Of a stretch of 64,000 bases of DNA, positions 24,801-60,736 are shown in pieces; position 1 is the first letter of the stretch, and each line of letters starts with the position of its first letter. The stretch comes from Lingula anatina. Lineage: Eukaryota; Animalia; Brachiopoda. A program made the position numbers and the translations under genes. The notes under the pieces were generated by a model that worked only from the letters and a program-made list of their open reading frames with translations, searched no databases and was not told the DNA's origin. The stretch lies in contig CM120645.1 in assembly GCA_051362555.1 (NCBI GenBank), positions 8,060,001 to 8,124,000 on the forward strand. Direction: 5' to 3'.

Positions 24801-26512
24801 ACTGGCAATCTAAATGTGACCTTGAAATTGACCTTTGACCTACTTTTCACCATGAACTGAACTTTGCAAATTTTGCTTCCCTTTTATCTCCAAAACTGGC
24901 AGAGATAGGTCCATAGATACTATTGAAGTTGAATAGGAAGTCATATACTGGCAATCTTACTGTGACCTTGAAATTGACCTTTGACCTACTTATCACCATG
25001 AACTGAACTTTGCAAATTTTGCTTCCCTTTTATCTCCAAAACTGGCAGAGATAGGTCCATAGTTACTATTGAACTTGAATAGGAAGTCATATACTGGCAA
25101 TTTTACTGTGACCTTGAAATTGACCTTTGACCTACTTTTCACCTTGAACTGAACTTTGAAAAATTTGCTTCCCTTTTATCTCCAAAACTGGCAGAGATAG
25201 GTCCATAGTTACTATTGAACTTGCATAGGAAGTCATATACTGGCAATTTTACTGTGACCTTGAAATTGACCTTTGACCTTCTTTTCACCATGAACTGAAC
25301 TTTGCAAATTTTGCTTCCCTTTTATCTCCAAAACTGGCAGAGATAGGTCCATAGTTACTATTGAAGTTGAATAGGAAGTCATATACTGGCAATCTAAATG
25401 TGACCTTGAAATTGACCTTTGACCTACTTTTCACCATGAACTGAACTTTGCAAATTTTGCTTCCCTTTTATCTCCAAAACTGGCAGAGATAGGTCCATAG
25501 TTACTATTGAAGTTGAATAGGAAGTCATATACTGGCAATCTTACTGTGACCTTGAATTTGACCTTTGACCTACTTTTCACCATGAACTGAACTTTGCAAA
25601 TTTTGCTTCCCTTTTATCTCCAAAACTGGCAGAGATAGGTCCATAGTTACTATTGAAGTTGGATAGGAAGTCATATACTGGCAATTTACTGTGACCTTGA
25701 AATTGACCTTTGACCTACCTTACAATGAACTTAACTTTGATTGCACCATTTTTAGTTATATATATTTTTTGCATATTTTGAAAATTCTTGTTGATTGCAT
25801 TTTTACAGCTTGTCAAGCACAAGACTGGTGGCTGCACCCCTTATTTTGTGTATGTGGGGGTCTATACGAATGCGCTTGCTCCAGCTGGTGGTACAATATT
25901 CGGAGGCGGTATCGCCTCTCTGATCCTCTAGTTTAATGTATAGTATGTATGATATATACTATATGCAGAAAACTAAAGGAAAAGCATTCAAAAGCTTCTG
26001 GTAACATGATATAATGATGTAAAGTATGCATGAACATTTTTGTAACAGGAAGCTAATAAGATAAAGTTATATAAAAAGTTGTAACAGATTGTACATTTAT
26101 AAAAGGTAATATATATTATCTGCAGTCGGCACCTTCATTGCCAATAGCTGGATGTCATTATACATTTAAACCACCAAGTTACATATAGTGTTGATATTCC
26201 ATTTCGACAGCAAAAAATCACAACTGGTCAGGATTTTTTTAGTGCACATAAATGTAACTGTCTGAGGAAAACATAATTTCAAATTGCTTAAATACACATT
26301 TAAAGTTCTTCAGTTGGGTATATTATTTTCAGCTTGTCCATGTCTCTGGCTTCGATGTCCTAAAGAAGGCACTACCAAACTGTCAGAAGGCAGATGTTAT
26401 TGAGAGGTGTGGTCACTCCACCAACATGGATCGTCCAGGCATGGTGGTCAAGCTTCTGCTACAGTTCCGTGGAGAGTATATTAAGACCAATAGGAAAAGT
26501 AAAGCTCAGTAA
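18899..26512 (+). CDS. ABHD6: Monoacylglycerol lipase ABHD6-like alpha/beta hydrolase (~329 aa, 8 coding exons)
   Basis: Exons 18899-19011, 19185-19344, 19851-19964, 20152-20284, 20559-20692, 21123-21177, 21354-21454, 26333-26512, all phase-consistent. N-terminal TM helix, ILFIHGFTASKDMW oxyanion region, VDLAGHG, nucleophile GQSMGG, acid IIWGEHDE, catalytic His in CGHS. AATAAA at 27152-27157. Confidence 0.93.
23029..23320. mobile_element. IS3EU-like MITE nested in HINE copy 1
   Basis: 25-bp perfect TIR TACGGAAGCCGACTGGTGCCATATG. 6-bp TSD AAAATG at 23023-23028 and 23321-23326. The empty site (single AAAATG) is present in HINE copy 2 at ~44217. Five internal TATCTCGAAATTTCGAGATA near-palindromes. 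Confidence 0.85.
23565..25740 (+). repeat. 146-bp tandem array (15 unit starts) with a 4-mer higher-order structure
   Basis: TATCTCCAAAACTGGCAGAGATAGG recurs exactly every 146 bp from 23571 to 25615. Diagnostic variants repeat every 584 bp. Confidence 0.95.
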
Positions 26513-27853
26513 AGAAATACAGTCATCTCTGTGTTTGTTTGTCATTCCAAAGAGTGATAAAGAATTTGTCCTGCTGGAATTAACTGTGGTTCTTAAAAGG
26601 GAAAGTGAATGGTGTGAATTAGATTCTTGGTCCCTGCGTACATCAATTACTGGGAATTTTGATTAAATGGACAGAATCTATAATTTTTATTCTGATCTGC
26701 AGAAGAACGATTTTATAGCTAATTTTCCTTCATGCAGTTATTTATTATTCCACATTCTAAAGAAATGTATTTGATAGAGTTATTAATCAAAACTGTTGTG
26801 ATTGAGTTATGAAGTATAAGGTGCTCAAAAGCTACTTATGGAGGAATGCATTAAAACAGGTTGTTTAATTACAAGTAACAACGATTGTTTTAGTAAGCTG
26901 TTTACTTAAAAAAAAAAACACTGTTGCAAAATTAAACAGTTTAGTGTGTTGCCATTAAGATTTTGTTTTTTCTGTTGTGAATGTGTGTCTTCAGAAACGT
27001 GTAACACATCTACTCTTTTTTTGTAGTAGGTTACAGATTGATGTGATTTCTCAGGTTTTTACACTGAACCAAAAAAAAAATTTTAACGATATAAAGTGTT
27101 TGTAAAGTTTTTTGTCATTTTTGTTTCATGTAAAAGATGAAAAGATCATTCAATAAATACATTAACAATTTTTCGTTTCATCTTTTTCTTCTTTCATCCT
27201 AAAGTAAAAAAGACTAAGACAGTAAAATTGTTGCAGAGAAAATAAATCTTAAAATTTATTTTAAAATATTAAAGTAGAAGGAACATATCACAGAGAGATT
27301 TTGTTGTTACACAGCAATGTTCAAGCTTAACACTTAATGGTTAATGCACTGAAATTTTTTTCTGAAGAGGGTGGTTCCACAACTAGTTTGTTCAAAGTGA
27401 TTGCACAAATCTGTTTATGTAAAAGTTGCTAAGGATATATTTCAGGTCTGTTGTATCTCAGAATGGACGTATATCATCTAGCCTACAATATAATTCCCTG
27501 ATATCAGTCACCAAAACCCTGAAATAATAATAAACAGAGTTTTAAGTTGGTGTTCTGATTTAAATAGTATGAAGTCCAAGTGTATCTTCACGTTTAAAAA
27601 AATTAACATGAAAAATATATTTGTTTCTACAAGTAATGCCCTGACAAATGATGCATATATGTTAAAATATTTCATAATAGGTAACAAGTATTTATAAATA
27701 AGTTTCATCACAGGCATTATCAGAGTCCTTTCTACGCAAAATCCTCATCTACTGCCTCATATGACTTGCTTTTTACTCTTACTAAAATCTGACTTCATTC
27801 CTATAATTTAAGACTGCTTTTGAAATATTTAAAAAAAAGGCACTAAATTAAAC

Positions 27854-30800
27854 TTAAAATGTTGATAATAAAAAATTTAGTCTTTTTTTCACCCAATTTA
27901 ATTCCTCACATAATTGATGCTTGCGAAAAAACTCTTGCAATCCTTCGTATCTTTTCACGATATCAAACCCACAGAGCACTTGGAGTTTGTGTAAGTCTAC
28001 AGGGCACAGCTGCATGGGCTGGCGAAAATCTTCTGCTAGATTTCCCGATCCATTCATACAACATGCAAAAAAGATACAATGGTCGATGCCCAGAAGATGA
28101 CTGATCTCATGAACAAGAAGTTTACAGCTTCTATGCAGGAGAAGCTTTTTCCTTTCATAAGGGGTAGAACTGTTTGTTTGCTTCATCTCAAACCAATTTT
28201 CCTCTGAAAATACAATCCCTGGTTCGTAGCGGAAGAAACTGAAGATTGCCACACGATGGTTTCCAGCTGCCATGCCAGCAACAAATAGATCACTTTGCGC
28301 TTCGTAGAGATCCTCCATTGTGAGGGCAATTAGGCACAGCGCATTGTCAGGAATGTATTGTTTCATGGTAAGGAGAATGGTGTCTACAGCCAACTGTCGT
28401 CTGCCTGACTTGGCATCAAATCTGGCATTGAGGTGGTGTTTCTTGACTCGCTTGCTTTTTCTTGAGGTATATAGGGCTGTAAAATTATTAAAAATGGTAT
28501 TTGTATGTTGCAATCAGGGTTAAAAAGAGAATTTCATGAAGGAAATGTATTGTTACTGCCTGATGAGTACTTGTCATCATAGTCATGTGAGTAAGCTTAC
28601 CAGTTAATCACCTGAGAGAGTCATTAGATCGTGTGTATAGTTGAGTTGCATTTATGAATAGCCATTGGATAGTACAGTAACATTTAACTCAGCCTGAGGA
28701 ACTCTGAAATTTTCACATATTTCACAGTCTGTGGATATCTCTTGCAGAGAACAGAAACATCATTAAAATCATAACAGTATGTGTGCCACAGAACCAAAGC
28801 AATTTTGCAAGAAAATCTAATGACTACAGATTTGGTTCAACAAGTAAAATAATTATCACAAATGCTATACAAAGAGAGCTGATATGCCAGGATCACCTTC
28901 ACTCAATTCATGCCATACCAACATACCTTTTTCCTCAGAGCTTGGCACATCTATCCAGGTCATCTTGTTGTTTTCACATCTCAAATGGACAGGAGGCAAG
29001 ACATCAACAGGCAGACAAAAGAACAGGCGTGTATACTCCACCAACTCTTCCATAGCAACCCCTACATGATATAAGAAAATTCAGTAGACTCCATATGACT
29101 TGGACGCTTCACAAGAAAGTTTGAGTTGGGCAGTGTTCACATGAAGTTTAGCTATTACCCAGAAAATATCTATTATTAGGTTCCACAAGATTTGATGGAG
29201 ATAAAAATAAAGTGGGCCTTGCACCCCCCCCCCCCCCCCCCCCCCCCCACCCCTGAGAAAAGCCTCTTCTTTGAAATTCCTGGCTATATGCCTATTATCA
29301 AAGTACCTGCAGGCCCGTAGCCAGGGGGGGGTTCGGGGGGTTCGAAAGAACCGCCCCTTTTGCCAGGAAAAGGTCCACCCTGGGTAAAATTTGATCTAGG
29401 TACATGAAGTTTTTATGGGAAAAGGTCCACTTTTTCAGAAAAAGAACCCCCCTTTTGAAATTGCTGGCTACGGTCCTGACCTGAGTCTGAATCAAAATCT
29501 CCAAGTGGCTGGATGTATATCGTTCCCTCTGGATACTTCTCTTGAATAGTGGCTCCCTCTGGATTAAAATTCTGCCTCATATATTTTACTTTCCTTGAAG
29601 ACAGCCAGGGGCATTCCCTGCAAAAATATCATTAAAACAACTTACACAAAACAACACACTAGTGTATCAGATTGAAGTGTGTCAGCAATTAATTGTTGCA
29701 AGTAAAACTTGATGTTTTTACCATACAAGGAAAATACAATCAAGTTTCAATTGATGAAACATTTTGTATTTTCTACAAAGGTTTGAAAGAGAAAGCATAC
29801 TACATTGACCTGAAACTACACTGAAAAAAAAAAATAGTGCAATTATTAAATGAGACACTTAACAAACATTTATCAAACAACTAGGTATCATATACAAGGC
29901 AGAGATTACTGCATAAATGAAAGATTCTTCTTCACATGTAAAACAAAAACTTATATTTAATATACAGTATTCATGGTAAGATAACAAACAATATACAGGT
30001 ATGTTCAGTTGAAGAATGAATTCAAACATAAATAACGTTTTCACAAACCTGAGAAACTGTTTGAATGTCTGTCCATCTTCTCTAAATTGGGCCAACCAGT
30101 CCAGGTCACTGCTGGGGTCAGGGAGGGGAGGGAAATGACCCCCTGGCTGGAGTGGCCTGGGTATTGGTGCCAAGCTATCTAAATGAAAAAACCCGATTTT
30201 GTCTTTAGAATTTAATCTAAAAGGGCAGCATGTTCAGACATGGGGAAAACTTTGAAGATGCTGCAGGTCCAGAGCACCTGCACTTAAAGAAAACTGCAGG
30301 TCCTCCTCATTCTAGTTGTGCTGGTTCAAACTAAGTATTTGATTTTCAATAGTCTACGTTTACATCTGATTTATTACTATGCATTGCAAGGTATTTTCAC
30401 GTTAACATTGCTAGTCCAGATGACATATGACCCGTCGGACAGGCCATTTCCTATATGTCTTCATGTTTCAATTCTCACATAGGAAGATACTTCCCGCAAG
30501 AAAACGCAGTAGATACTCCAGCGCAGTAGACTACTGCAATCATGCTGCAAACCGCAGTAGACTACTGCAATCATACTGCAAGCATGCTTCAAATCTGCTT
30601 CGATTTGGGAGCTCATTAGCATATTTGAAACATGCTTCTATCATGCTGCTAATCTACTGCATTAATGCTCCTCTTTGTACAAACCTACATGTATGTACTT
30701 TTTGGAGTAGAATTGCAGTAGGCTATGCTGCATTTCTACTGCAAATATGCTCCACACCACTACTGCGTTAATGCTTTTTTGCTACTTCGATACTACTGCA

Positions 30801-31046
30801 TTTTCGTGCGGGTTGCCTTGGCAATTTCTTTTAAAAACAGATCTTTAATATATAAGTAATACTTCTTCATAGCATGCACTCAAACCAATAAGGTGGAATA
30901 ACAGCATGGGTAATTTAAAGAGATGTCTTCTTCCCACCTCCAGTTATAGCCTTCATCTGTCTTGGTTTTGTCACTGGCTTGAATCCTGCGACGAACGGCA
31001 CAGGTCTAGTTTTCATCTTGGATTTACTTGACTTCGGCTTCGGCAT
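27854..31046 (-). CDS. AMZ2: Archaemetzincin (peptidase M54) zinc metalloprotease, ~377 aa, 5 coding exons
   Basis: Exons 31046-30938, 30178-30049, 29617-29481, 29061-28927, 28476-27854, all phase-consistent. Motifs DWLAQFREDGQTF, IYIQPLGDF, ALTMEDLY, FSFFRY and HEISHLLGIDHCIFFACCMNGS...LCPVDLHKL. The symbol is given at family level. Confidence 0.9.
29310..29478. mobile_element. 169-bp MITE (CAG termini, 5-bp TSD) inserted at an archaemetzincin splice donor
   Basis: TIR CAGGCCCGTAGCCAG / CTGGCTACGGTCCTG. Direct repeat ACCTG at 29305-29309 and 29479-29483. Confidence 0.8.
30493..30812. mobile_element. 320-bp non-autonomous DNA element with CCC termini (EnSpm/CMC-like), in an archaemetzincin intron
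   Basis: TIR CCCGCAAGAAAACGCAGTAG / CTACTGCATTTTCGTGCGGG, TT on both flanks, and many subterminal GCAGTAG/CTACTGC motifs. Confidence 0.75.
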
Positions 31047-31574
31047 TTTGATTATTTCACAGCTCAGGCTGCAACAGCATTTTCAAACATAAAACTATAT
31101 GGTTAATAAGTAATGCAACGCAGAAGTGTATGTACATTTTCTGTAGTTATAAAGATCTCTAGAAGTTGGTGGGTGTATCAAGTTTGAAACATTTATGAGA
31201 AAGAGAGAGAGTACTATTTTTCCCTAAAAATACATGCAATCATACTAATTATATTACTACAAGTAGTATAGCCGAGTACCACAAAGCCACTGTCCACTTC
31301 TCCCGCCCCGCACGCACACGTACACACACACACACACACACACATTTCCACACAACACTGAGGCAACCAAAACATGCCTCCCATTCCCCGTGCAACTTAC
31401 CACTTATTTCTTACAATTCCCTTAAATAAAGCAAGTGCCAGTGATCATATGCTCTCAGTAAATCTTCCTTGTTCTTATCATGAAACTTGCTAGGACCAAC
31501 TTGTTAGTCTACACTTTCGCTGACTCTGCATTCAGGCCTTGCTCTAGTTCTAAACAAATTTGACCTAGTTGAAA

Positions 31575-31660
31575 ATAATGTGCTGACGTCAGTGACGTAT
31601 ATTGTGACGTATTTCACAAGCAATGTCTCACAGCCAGACTACACCACTTCCGAATAGAGG
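31575..31660. promoter_or_regulatory. Candidate promoter of archaemetzincin (possibly bidirectional): CRE/ATF cluster plus ETS site
   Basis: TGACGTCA followed by two TGACGTA, and CACTTCCG, in a CpG-richer patch. A minus-strand non-coding exon donor (GTAAG) lies at ~31400. Confidence 0.5.
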
Positions 31661-33369
31661 TTAGTAGAGGAGTTTTATGCGTTTTACTTAAAGCCACTGC
31701 TAATTTTTTTTATGACAGTCCAGTTGACGAATCTACGAGCTGTCAATTCATCACTAAAGGTTTTGTTTTAGAGCTTAATTTCACTTATGAAATAGGCATG
31801 AATGTGTAGCGTCAAAATTGGGTCAGAGTTTACGCATCGAAATCTACACGCTGATCAGTCAGATGGTCAACTTTAATTTGTCATATTCAATTAGTTTTGT
31901 AGCAAATACCGATCTACGAACATTGTAGAAACACACTATCAACCTAAATCATTTCTGAAAAGCATCCGAGAAAATTAACCGCCGAAAAAAACCCTCAAAA
32001 TATGCGGGCAGAATTTCATTGCACACTACTTATTCGATTTGTTTGAACTGGTTTTATTTAAATGCCTTTTTATCGATTGCGCCTGAGCACATGATAAATG
32101 CGTGTTTGCACGTGAAAAACTCGTGCACTGTTTTGTTGAGGAAAGTTGAATTTAAATGCATTAAGTAACCTATTTATACGAAAAGTAATGCTGGAGGACA
32201 CTGCTCTTGTATAGTTGTACTATTTTTGTTCTGTCTAATTTAGTAATTGGGGGAGAGAGAGAGAGCATACTTCTTTACCTGACCTTATTTCCAGACACCT
32301 GCTGTTCCATCTTGTGGTGTATTTTTTCCTACATTATTTATAACCTGAGAAATATGGCTTGCCTTGTTCAGAAAATGTTTCTCTCTTCACCATAGTTTAA
32401 GAAAGGCGATTGATGAAAATGGATAATATAATTGATAAAAGTGGTTAGAAAAAACTTGCAATGTTTTAAGATAAAAGTGGTTAGAAAAAACTTGTTACGG
32501 ACAAGTTTTACTTATGAAAAAAAATTAATCTGTGTACATTAGGGAATACATCATTTGCCCAACAATGTCTCTTTTGGTTTGTTACTAAGTAATTAGGGGA
32601 AAGTAAATGCTATTTTTATATATTTATAGAAATTGCCTCAGGGTTATTTAATTATTTTGATTATAGGGTGGAATTTTTCACCATGAAGCTAAAACAGCAG
32701 TTCTGTGCATGGGTATAGGGGTAGTTATATGCCTCGAAAAAATTATTTGGCTCAAAATCGCACTATAGAATGCAGCCTTTTTATGAGCAAGTATATACCG
32801 TATACTGTCTGAAAGAAAATCTAGATTCAGTCTTCTTTTGCAAAGAATGAAGAGATTTACAGATTAAGATATTGATCAACTGTGTTTTCCATTAACTGTA
32901 GGCAACTGTCATTGATTTTCCTGTTGATGCTGAATGTGAAGCAATTTATGGAAATGTGTTATATAATTTAAATGCTGTGAAATCAAGCTGGTCTGATCAT
33001 AGGAAACATTTGGATCTAAATATATAATTATTTTTCTCTCTGATAGAATTTTATAAGTTGATTTATGTAGGTAAAAAAAAGTTAGAAAAAGTGCTTTTGA
33101 GACACTATGAAAGTTTTTTTTCTAGTTTGTGAAATAATTATTGTTATTATCTAATGGAAAAAAATAACAATTTTATTAGAGAAATAAAGATGCCTGTATG
33201 CTAGTAAAGGGTTTAAGTTCAATTCTGTCTTCATTATTTGTTGAATACATATAGCTTTTGTATTTTCACATAAAAACACAACTAAACCTCATTTTCAATT
33301 GATTAATTTTTAAGCTGTCTTAGAGCCAGTTTTTCACTACATTGTAAACAATAGATGTTTTTATTGCAA

Positions 33370-33606
33370 AATGAGAGCGCAGACCTCCTCCAAGGCAGCA
33401 GTTTTTTATTATTATTGATTATTGATTGATTATTGATCTGGATCACCACCAAAAACTAATCATCTCTTCCTTGGCCCACTTTTGACAGTTCCTGAAAATT
33501 TCATCAAAATCGGTCCATAACTTTTTTGAGTTATGTTGATGACAAACAAACAAACAAACAAACAGACAAACAGGGGTGAGAACATAACCTCCTTGGCAGA
33601 GGTAAA
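33370..33606 (-). mobile_element. Short HINE (second Helentron-associated family)
   Basis: Minus strand reads TTTACCTCTGCCAAGGAGGTTATGTT (subTIR plus inverted repeat), then a (GTTT)n microsatellite, and ends with 3' CCTTGGAGGAGGTCTGCGCTCTC. Confidence 0.75.
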
Positions 33607-33852
33607 AAGTGATTGTTATGTACACACACTGGACAATAGAAGTGTCACCCCCTGAACCAGAGTAATCAAAGTTATAATGTCTGGTCTACTTATAATGTGA
33701 CTAATGAGTATAAAACCTCTGTGATTTTATTCATCACAATTATACTGATTCACATCATTGATACTTTGAACTAGGACTTTTGGATTCATGTCGCAAATGT
33801 TCTTTGGCCAACATTTGGATATTGAAATTATTGATATGTGATACAAAAATGA

Positions 33853-33897
<45 letters not shown>

Positions 33898-34394
33898 CAG
33901 GAGGATTTAAGTACTAAAAACTTATACTATACTAGTGAGGGGGTGGGGGGGGGGGGGTTTAGAAAGTTAGAAAATTGTCTCACTCATGTCATACAAGGCG
34001 TTGGAAGAGCATTCAAAATGTGGCCTGTCCAGCATAATCAGAAGCACTAAGAACTGATCTGATCCTTCTAATCAGAGCTTCAAAGTCTTGTTCTTGGCAA
34101 ATAGGAGGAATATTTGTTTGTTTTTAAATAATTTAATGCCTTTGCATTAAATAATGATTTTAAATAATGTTTTAACATTATAATTAAAATATGGGAACTT
34201 TTCTACAGTTTATTAGATTTTTATACTTGTTAGAGTTATCCCTATGTAGTCACATTCAATTCAGGTGCACACATTTGCATTATGACAGGCCATAAAATTT
34301 AATAATGTACTTTTAATTGTAATGCTGTTAATGTTTGATGATAGAGGACGCCACCAGCCATGTTTGCAATATTTTAAGGTGAAGATATTCAATG

Positions 34395-34500
34395 ATAGAT
34401 GGCGCCAATCCAAATGTGGGTGTGTGCTCAGTGGAACACTGTGATTGGTCCAATGCTATTTTAGAGGTCACGCAGTGTCCTTCAAGTTAGTATATATCAC
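34395..34500 (+). promoter_or_regulatory. Candidate PFKFB core promoter (CCAAT boxes, TATA-like)
   Basis: GCCAATC at ~34405, GATTGGTCCAAT at ~34443 and TATATAT at ~34491, about 90 bp upstream of ATG 34584. Confidence 0.45.
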
Positions 34501-34583
34501 AAGTCAATATTGTTGAAAAAGTAAAGGATTACCGGTAGACTGTTGATGTAATAGAAGGCTTTTGGACTTTGTGGAGGTAAAGC

Positions 34584-58242
<23,659 letters not shown>

Positions 58243-60736
58243 CACATAGTCCTAAGAAACATCTGGGTGGTTAAAAATCATGAAGTGAAAAAATGTAAAA
58301 TAAACTGTAGGAAGCCAGGTTTTTATGGAATTCAGATTTGGGTCGTGACTTATTTCATATTCTTAGAAGTTGAAGGACAGAATGGAAATAGCACGCCAAG
58401 TAGGAAAATTTATTTAAAGTAACATTTGATAAATTGCAATAACAATAGTTTTACGGGGAGTTTGTCTTGTCTTACGCACAGTATTTCTCTTGTACATATA
58501 ATTGCAATAATAGTAATGTCAAACCCATAAATATATTTTATAAGGTTGTATTTTGCTACGGCACATGGGTGAGAGAATATTTTAGTGCACGTTTTAACAG
58601 AGGGAATGACGGGTATATTTCAATATCTGACTTGTGATTGTGTCTTAAGAAAACGACGTTAATGAGACTGTAAATAGTCATTGAAAAGATGATGCTACTA
58701 AAAAATAAGTCTCGGAATCCAGGATAAAAAGTCAGCAATCATATTTATAATTAAGGCTGTGGTTGAATTTTACAATTTTTTGAGTGATCGAATCTCATTG
58801 TGGTCGAATAAGATAATAATTGTTTTTGTTCATTTCCCAGGCTCTTATTTTGTTTATCCAAATGTTCTTCCTCCAAACAATCGCATGCATGTATAAATTT
58901 TATAATTTAATGACTTTTATTTATGTATAGAAATTGTTTTCTGTGTTGCTTTGGCGACATTTCTGTTGCGTGGATTACTAGATTTATACGACTGTGTTTG
59001 ATGGGGTTTGCTTTGGATTTTTGAGGCAATATAAGAAGCCATTTTTAATATTTTAATGACACAATGCTTTTCGGTTGTTCTCAATTTTTAACGGAGTATT
59101 TTAGTGATATGACTGATATCGATCGTTTTAGGTCATTTTGATTTGGCTATCAGAGGAAACAATTGGCATCTGTTTTTTATTTTTAAGAGAACGAACAAAA
59201 GTTAAATGCAAAATACGGGTCTCGCCAGGATCCATTTTAAATATTTACTTATAAATTGAAAAAAGTTGCTGAATCGGTATTGTATTCTAGATTTAATTGC
59301 AATGTATGCGACAATTCTGGCTTGTTTGCACCTTTTGGTTCATTCGAATAAAATATATATTTTTAAGGGGGGGAGTAAATTACGAAGCGAAATGTCCAGT
59401 TGTTAAGGAAATTAAGTTTTTCCGGTTGATGAATTCTTAGACCAGTGAATACTGTCTTTTAATTTTAAATGAACTGGATCTGCTGAATTATTGTAAGAAT
59501 CATTGGTTGTAAATCTTATTTTCATATTTAAATATCTATTGTATATGTGATCTCAGACAAGAAAAGTTTATTGTGTGATTAGTCCTGGTAGTAGATTTTA
59601 GAACTTGACACCTTGCACCAAATTTTAATTTATTATTGACAGAAATAAAGGGTTGAAGCTCAATTTTAAACAGATATATCGCTACCAGTTGTTTTAATGC
59701 ACGCCCAATTTGCAACTATTTACTTTAATTCTTATACTTTTGTCCTTGTTACGCGCGCGTGGTTCGTTTAACAGTTTTTTTAATCCGTCTATTACGAAAT
59801 TTGAGCATTTTGAAGAACTTGTTGGTCTGAAATAAGCATGAGGCTGATTGCGAAAAAAGGCAGGAACTGAAAACTCAGGGAAGTACGTTCCTTTAAAGGT
59901 TCCTTGGCAACAGCTTTCCCCACCTTCTACTTAATATCATTCCTACATTGATGTGTATTAACAAAATTGTTTGCACGTTTGATTTTGAACAAGGAATTTT
60001 TGTTACACGTAGAAGTTATTGATTCACTGAGGCTACACAGAATAAAATTTCAAATTCCTTTTGAGCTAAGACGACTCGGTACACCCCATAAGTGTCGAAC
60101 CCCCTTCCGCATTCACTCCCCCCCCCCCCACCCTTTAATGAAAAAAAAAAAAAAAGAAACGATTGTTAAGTGCCACGAGTGAGACAAGTATCAAGTAGAA
60201 TTCAATTGTTGTTACCGATTTAGTCATTCCCACGTGAGAAAGAAGTGAAAGCGGCTGTTATTTTGATGATCTATATTCACTGGAAGGTGGTGGATTCAGA
60301 TACAATAATTTCCTGTCATCCCTTCAATTCATGATGTGCGTAGCTGTTAATATTAGTGTTTGTGTTACTTATAGTGGTAAATAGTGCTAGAAAGGCTGCT
60401 ATCATGCATCGTATCTGTAATTAGAAAATTCATATAAAAAAGGTTCACCTTCGGTTATGATCATTTCACAAAAGAGTGACGCACACAGTTAATGTAATGC
60501 ATTTTTTACTGTTTTATACAATAATACATTCCAATATGAAAAGGTGTCAACAGTACTTAAAATGTGATGTAAAACAGTTTTGTAAATATAGTCTAAAACG
60601 TGTGCGTCACTGGCGTGGCTCAATATTTTTTACATTAAACCTTTTTGTTTAATCACCCTTAATATTATTATTAAATTGGCGCAAATTACTTCTCTGCTGT
60701 TACACTTAACATGCCCCTTGTTTATATTCAAAACCC

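Larger units (their letters stand above)
21474..25933 (+). mobile_element. Non-autonomous Helentron-associated element (HINE/DINE-1-like) with internal 146-bp tandem array, copy 1, in the last ABHD6 intron
   Basis: 15-bp subTIRs TATTGTACCACCAGC (21475-21489) and GCTGGTGGTACAATA (25884-25898). 5' stem-loop GTACCACCAGCGTTAGCGCTGGCGGTAC and a short CCGCCGGCT microsatellite. 3' hairpin GAGGCG-GTAT-CGCCTC then CTAGTTT. Inserted at T-runs with no TSD. The 5' part is duplicated at an 817-bp offset. Near-identical second copy at 43458-46087. Confidence 0.88.

Noticed and set aside
23565-25740. CRISPR-like regular repeats
   Set aside because: Units are contiguous with no unique spacers, the context is a eukaryotic intron, and there are no cas genes.
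30427-30771. 114-aa ORF
   Set aside because: Lies largely within a repeat-rich non-autonomous TIR element and has no recognisable domain.
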